Below, one piece after another: positions 60,913 through 64,000 of a stretch of DNA of 64,000 bases. How positions within the stretch are numbered: position 1 is the stretch's first letter; each line of letters starts with the position of its first letter. This DNA is from an uncultured Bacilli bacterium (GTDB taxonomy: Bacteria > Bacillota_I > Bacilli_A > RF39 > UBA660), in the NCBI GenBank assembly GCA_934148845.1, contig CAKPDH010000001.1:251963-315962 (forward strand), given 5' to 3'. Both the position numbers and the translations under genes were made by a program. Below the pieces are notes generated by a model. It did no database searches and had not been told where the DNA came from. It saw nothing but the letters and a program-made list of their open reading frames with translations.

Positions 60913-63443
60913 TCTATCTTTTTTAGTTCATATAATGTATTTAATGCTTCAATAGGAGTCATATTTAATACATCTAATTCTTTAATTTTCTTTTCTATTT
61001 TAGATTCCTCTTTAGATTCTAATAAGTCAAGTGGAAATGATTCTTGAATTTTAATATCTCTTTTTTTCTCTCTTGATTCATATACGCTTAATATATCACT
61101 AGCTCTTTTTATTAATTTATCTGGTAGTTTAGCTAGACTTGCTACATGAAGCCCATAACTTTTATCTACGCTACCATCTTTTATTTTATGTAAAAATGTT
61201 ATATTACCATTTTCTTCTAAGGCAGAAACATGTACATTTTTTAAATGTTTAAGATTATTCTCAAGATCAGTTAATTCATGGTAATGTGTAGAAAACATCA
61301 TTTTACATTTAATATTATCGTGTATATATTCAATAATTGCTTGTGCGAGTGCCATACCATCAAAAGTTGCAGTACCTCTACCAAGTTCATCAAATAATAA
61401 TAAAGAATTGCTTGTAGCATTACTAATAGCATTATTAGCTTCTTTCATCTCAACCATAAAAGTTGATTCTCCACTAACTAAATCATCACTAGCTCCAATT
61501 CTAGTATATATAGCATCAAATATTTTTAATTTAGCCTCCGTACAAGGAGTAAAACATCCTATTTGAGCCATTATAACTGTTATTGCAAGTTGTCTCATAT
61601 AAGTACTTTTACCTGCCATATTAGGTCCTGTTATAAGTAATATATTTTTATCTTCATTGAATATTATATCATTAGATACATATTCACTATTTAATACTTT
61701 TTCAACTACAGCATGTCTATTATCTTTTAAATAAACTACATTATCTTTTGTAAGTACTGGTCTAATATAATTGTTTTCTTCACTAACGGTAGCAAAAGAT
61801 TGTAATACGTCAATTTCACTAATAACTTTTGCTATTTCTTGTATTGGTTTTATATATTCTTTTATTTTATCTCTAATATTTATAAATAATTCATATTCTA
61901 AATTAATTATTTTTTCTTCTGCATTTAATATTAACGATTCTTTTTCTTTTAATACAGGACTTATATATCTCTCACAATTACTTAAAGTTTGTTTTCTTGA
62001 ATATCCATAAGATTCTTTAACTAAATTAGTCATGCCTTTAGATACTTCTATATAATATCCAAATACTTTATTATATCCTACTTTTAATGTCTTAATACCT
62101 GTTCTTTGTCTTTCTTCTAATTCAAAACGTGCGATAAAATCTTTTCCATTTGATCTAATGTCTTTTAAAGAATCAAGTTCACTATTAAAGCCATCTTTAA
62201 TTAAGTATCCTTCCTTTATACCTATAGGTGGATTTTCATATATACTATTTTCAAGTAAATCATATAAAGAATCTAATGTATCTATTTTAGTATAACCAAT
62301 AGATTTTAGTATTTCATTTATTTCAGGTAAAACTTTTAATGACCTTTTAAGTTGCAAAAGGTCTCTTGCATTTGCATTTAAAAATGCAATTCTACCACTA
62401 AGTCTTTCTAAATCATATACTTCATTTAATAAATTTTTTAAATCTTCTCTTAATATAAATTTACTAATTAACTTATCTACTATATCATATCTTTTATTTA
62501 TTTCATCTATATCAACTAAAGGATTTTCTATGTATGTTTTAAGTAATCTAGATCCCATAGCTGTTTTAGTCTTATCAAGTAACCAAATAAGAGAATACTG
62601 CCTTTGTTTAAGTCTTAACGTTTCTGTAAGCTCTAAATTTCTTTTAGTATGTATATCCATGTGTAAATACTTATTAGGTACTTTTACTATAGCTTTCTGT
62701 AAATGAGATAAATCAGTCATTTTTATATTTAATATATATGTTATTAAATATTTAACAGATGTAACTTGATTCTCATCTTTTATATCACTAAATACATATG
62801 AATATTCATCTAAAGGTTCAATTAAATCATTAATAGTAATTGATATATCAAACTGATTTTTTAATATATTAATTATATTTTTGTCAAAATTAGAATTAAC
62901 TATTACTTCTTTTAATCCTAAATTTATAACTTCATTAACTAAACTTGTTTGATTATAAAGACAATTTGTAACATAAATTACACCTGTAGTAATATCAGCA
63001 TAACTAATTATGTAAGAATACTTAGTATCCATAACAAAACCTATATAATTAAAATCATTTTCCTTTAAAGATTCACTACTTATAACAGTACCTTTACTAA
63101 TTATTTGAGTAATACCTCTTGAAACTATACCTTTAGCATTTTTAGGATCTTCGAGCTGTTCACATATACCAATTTTATATCCTTTTTCTATCATTTTTTC
63201 TATATAAATAGAAACAGCATGATATGGAACACCACACATAGGTACTTTTTCATCTAATCCTGCATTTCTTCCTGTTAGTGTAAGTTCAAGTTCACGAGAA
63301 GTTGTAACAGCATCTTCAAAAAATACTTCATAGAAATCTCCTAATCTATAAAATATTATAACATCCGGATATTCCATCTTAACGCTTATATAATGCCTCA
63401 TCATAGGAGAGACTTTATCTAAATCTACATCACTTAATTTCAT
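60909..63443 (-). CDS. mutS: DNA mismatch repair protein MutS
   Basis: 844 aa. N-terminal mismatch-binding TPMMRHY...GDFYE. Walker A GPNMAGKST. Helix-turn-helix at the C-terminal end. Confidence 0.9.
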   Translation of the reverse strand: MKLSDVDLDKVSPMMRHYISVKMEYPDVIIFYRLGDFYEVFFEDAVTTSRELELTLTGRNAGLDEKVPMCGVPYHAVSIYIEKMIEKGYKIGICEQLEDPKNAKGIVSRGITQIISKGTVISSESLKENDFNYIGFVMDTKYSYIISYADITTGVIYVTNCLYNQTSLVNEVINLGLKEVIVNSNFDKNIINILKNQFDISITINDLIEPLDEYSYVFSDIKDENQVTSVKYLITYILNIKMTDLSHLQKAIVKVPNKYLHMDIHTKRNLELTETLRLKQRQYSLIWLLDKTKTAMGSRLLKTYIENPLVDIDEINKRYDIVDKLISKFILREDLKNLLNEVYDLERLSGRIAFLNANARDLLQLKRSLKVLPEINEILKSIGYTKIDTLDSLYDLLENSIYENPPIGIKEGYLIKDGFNSELDSLKDIRSNGKDFIARFELEERQRTGIKTLKVGYNKVFGYYIEVSKGMTNLVKESYGYSRKQTLSNCERYISPVLKEKESLILNAEEKIINLEYELFINIRDKIKEYIKPIQEIAKVISEIDVLQSFATVSEENNYIRPVLTKDNVVYLKDNRHAVVEKVLNSEYVSNDIIFNEDKNILLITGPNMAGKSTYMRQLAITVIMAQIGCFTPCTEAKLKIFDAIYTRIGASDDLVSGESTFMVEMKEANNAISNATSNSLLLFDELGRGTATFDGMALAQAIIEYIHDNIKCKMMFSTHYHELTDLENNLKHLKNVHVSALEENGNITFLHKIKDGSVDKSYGLHVASLAKLPDKLIKRASDILSVYESREKKRDIKIQESFPLDLLESKEESKIEKKIKELDVLNMTPIEALNTLYELKKID

Positions 63444-63557
63444 TTTACCACCATCTAAATCTAAAAACTCTAGTAATTATTTTAACAAAAAAATAAAAAT
63501 TAATCTATAAAAAACATATTAAACAAGAAAAAAAGTGTATCAACACTTCATTTTATT

Positions 63558-64000
63558 TTATATTTTTATTCCTTTACCATCAAAATAATTATCAATATCT
63601 TCTTTTATATAAGAGTTCTTGTAATCTTTATATCCTAATACTAAATCTAATAAAAGATTTTTATCTTTTATAGAGTAATCAATTAACCCCTTTAAATTAG
63701 TTTCTATTTTATTTATGACTTGAATGTCATATATAAATATTGGCTCACCATTATCTTGTTGATATTTTTTATATTTATAATATTTATTTATTATATAATT
63801 AATAAGATTAAAATAATAACTTTCATTATAATTATATAAATCAATAAGAAAATATACTATATCATCTGGAAGCCTATCTTCTATACAATTACACAAATCA
63901 TCTAAATTAAAATCTCTAGAATAATATAATAAATCATAAATATAATTTTTTGATATTTTCAAAAGTTTTTTATTTATACTTTCATCTATTTCATCAAGAT
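63558..64000 (-). CDS. Hypothetical protein. The frame stays open to the window edge, so the true start may lie outside.
   Basis: The track ORF (63558..63962) begins at a TTG. The upstream frame has no stop through position 64000. Confidence 0.4.
   Translation of the reverse strand, partial: LDEIDESINKKLLKISKNYIYDLLYYSRDFNLDDLCNCIEDRLPDDIVYFLIDLYNYNESYYFNLINYIINKYYKYKKYQQDNGEPIFIYDIQVINKIETNLKGLIDYSIKDKNLLLDLVLGYKDYKNSYIKEDIDNYFDGKGIKI

Noticed and set aside
1-64000. CRISPR arrays, tRNA and rRNA genes, and IS or transposase genes.
   Set aside because: No regularly spaced direct repeats, no tRNA cloverleaf-like GC-rich segments other than the unexplained 34.1-34.8 kb region, and no transposase or integrase ORF was found anywhere in the window.

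Overview
This is a very AT-rich (roughly 24-26% GC) chromosomal segment from a Clostridia-like low-GC Firmicute. Almost every real gene is on the minus strand; the only convincing plus-strand gene is 47085..47666.

Housekeeping genes sit at both ends of the window:
- parE/gyrB-type topoisomerase B N-terminus, an Smr-domain protein, a short alaS-like gene, cmk, frr, an archaeal-type proS and uvrC at the low-coordinate end.
- priA and mutS at the high-coordinate end.

The middle is accessory and surface-polysaccharide-heavy:
- Locus 1 (about 15.0-26.2 kb) is Wzx/Wzy-dependent. It carries an initiating sugar transferase, three GT4 genes, a pyruvyl transferase with an FrhB-like partner, a Stealth phosphotransferase, and a truncated FrhB-like remnant at its end.
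- Locus 2 (about 34.8-47.0 kb) is TagO/WecA-initiated. It carries a second pyruvyl transferase/FrhB-like pair, a second Wzx, five consecutive GT2 genes, and an O-antigen-ligase-like::Alg14 fusion followed by an Alg13-like gene.
- A Wzz / BY-kinase / PHP-phosphatase module lies separately at 53.5-55.6 kb.

Between the two loci is a rearranged island:
- comEA.
- A comEC that is broken by a frameshift in a T8 tract and lacks a canonical start.
- A roughly 590-bp duplicated comEC 3' segment flanking dinD and an unknown gene.
- A DUF1016/YhcG PD-(D/E)XK nuclease with an N-terminal pseudogene copy; both copies keep a GC-rich palindrome at the same position.
- Two tandem unknown paralogs.
- A roughly 600-nt GC-enriched ORF-free region that looks like a structured ncRNA but could not be identified.

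Other notable items:
- A cohesin-like membrane-anchored protein next to a canonical dockerin protein, with a sigma factor / VanZ / putative dual-HEPN (Rx4H twice) operon nearby.
- Three proteins with type IV prepilin N-termini (G|FTLIELL): a 576-aa one with a G11 tract in its leader codons, and two tandem pilin::BspA-type LRR fusions with near-identical duplicated sigma-A promoters carrying T9/T7 tracts.
- A sortase-domain protein with an extra N-terminal domain.
- A NUDIX::APH-like kinase fusion.

No rRNA, tRNA or CRISPR array was seen.
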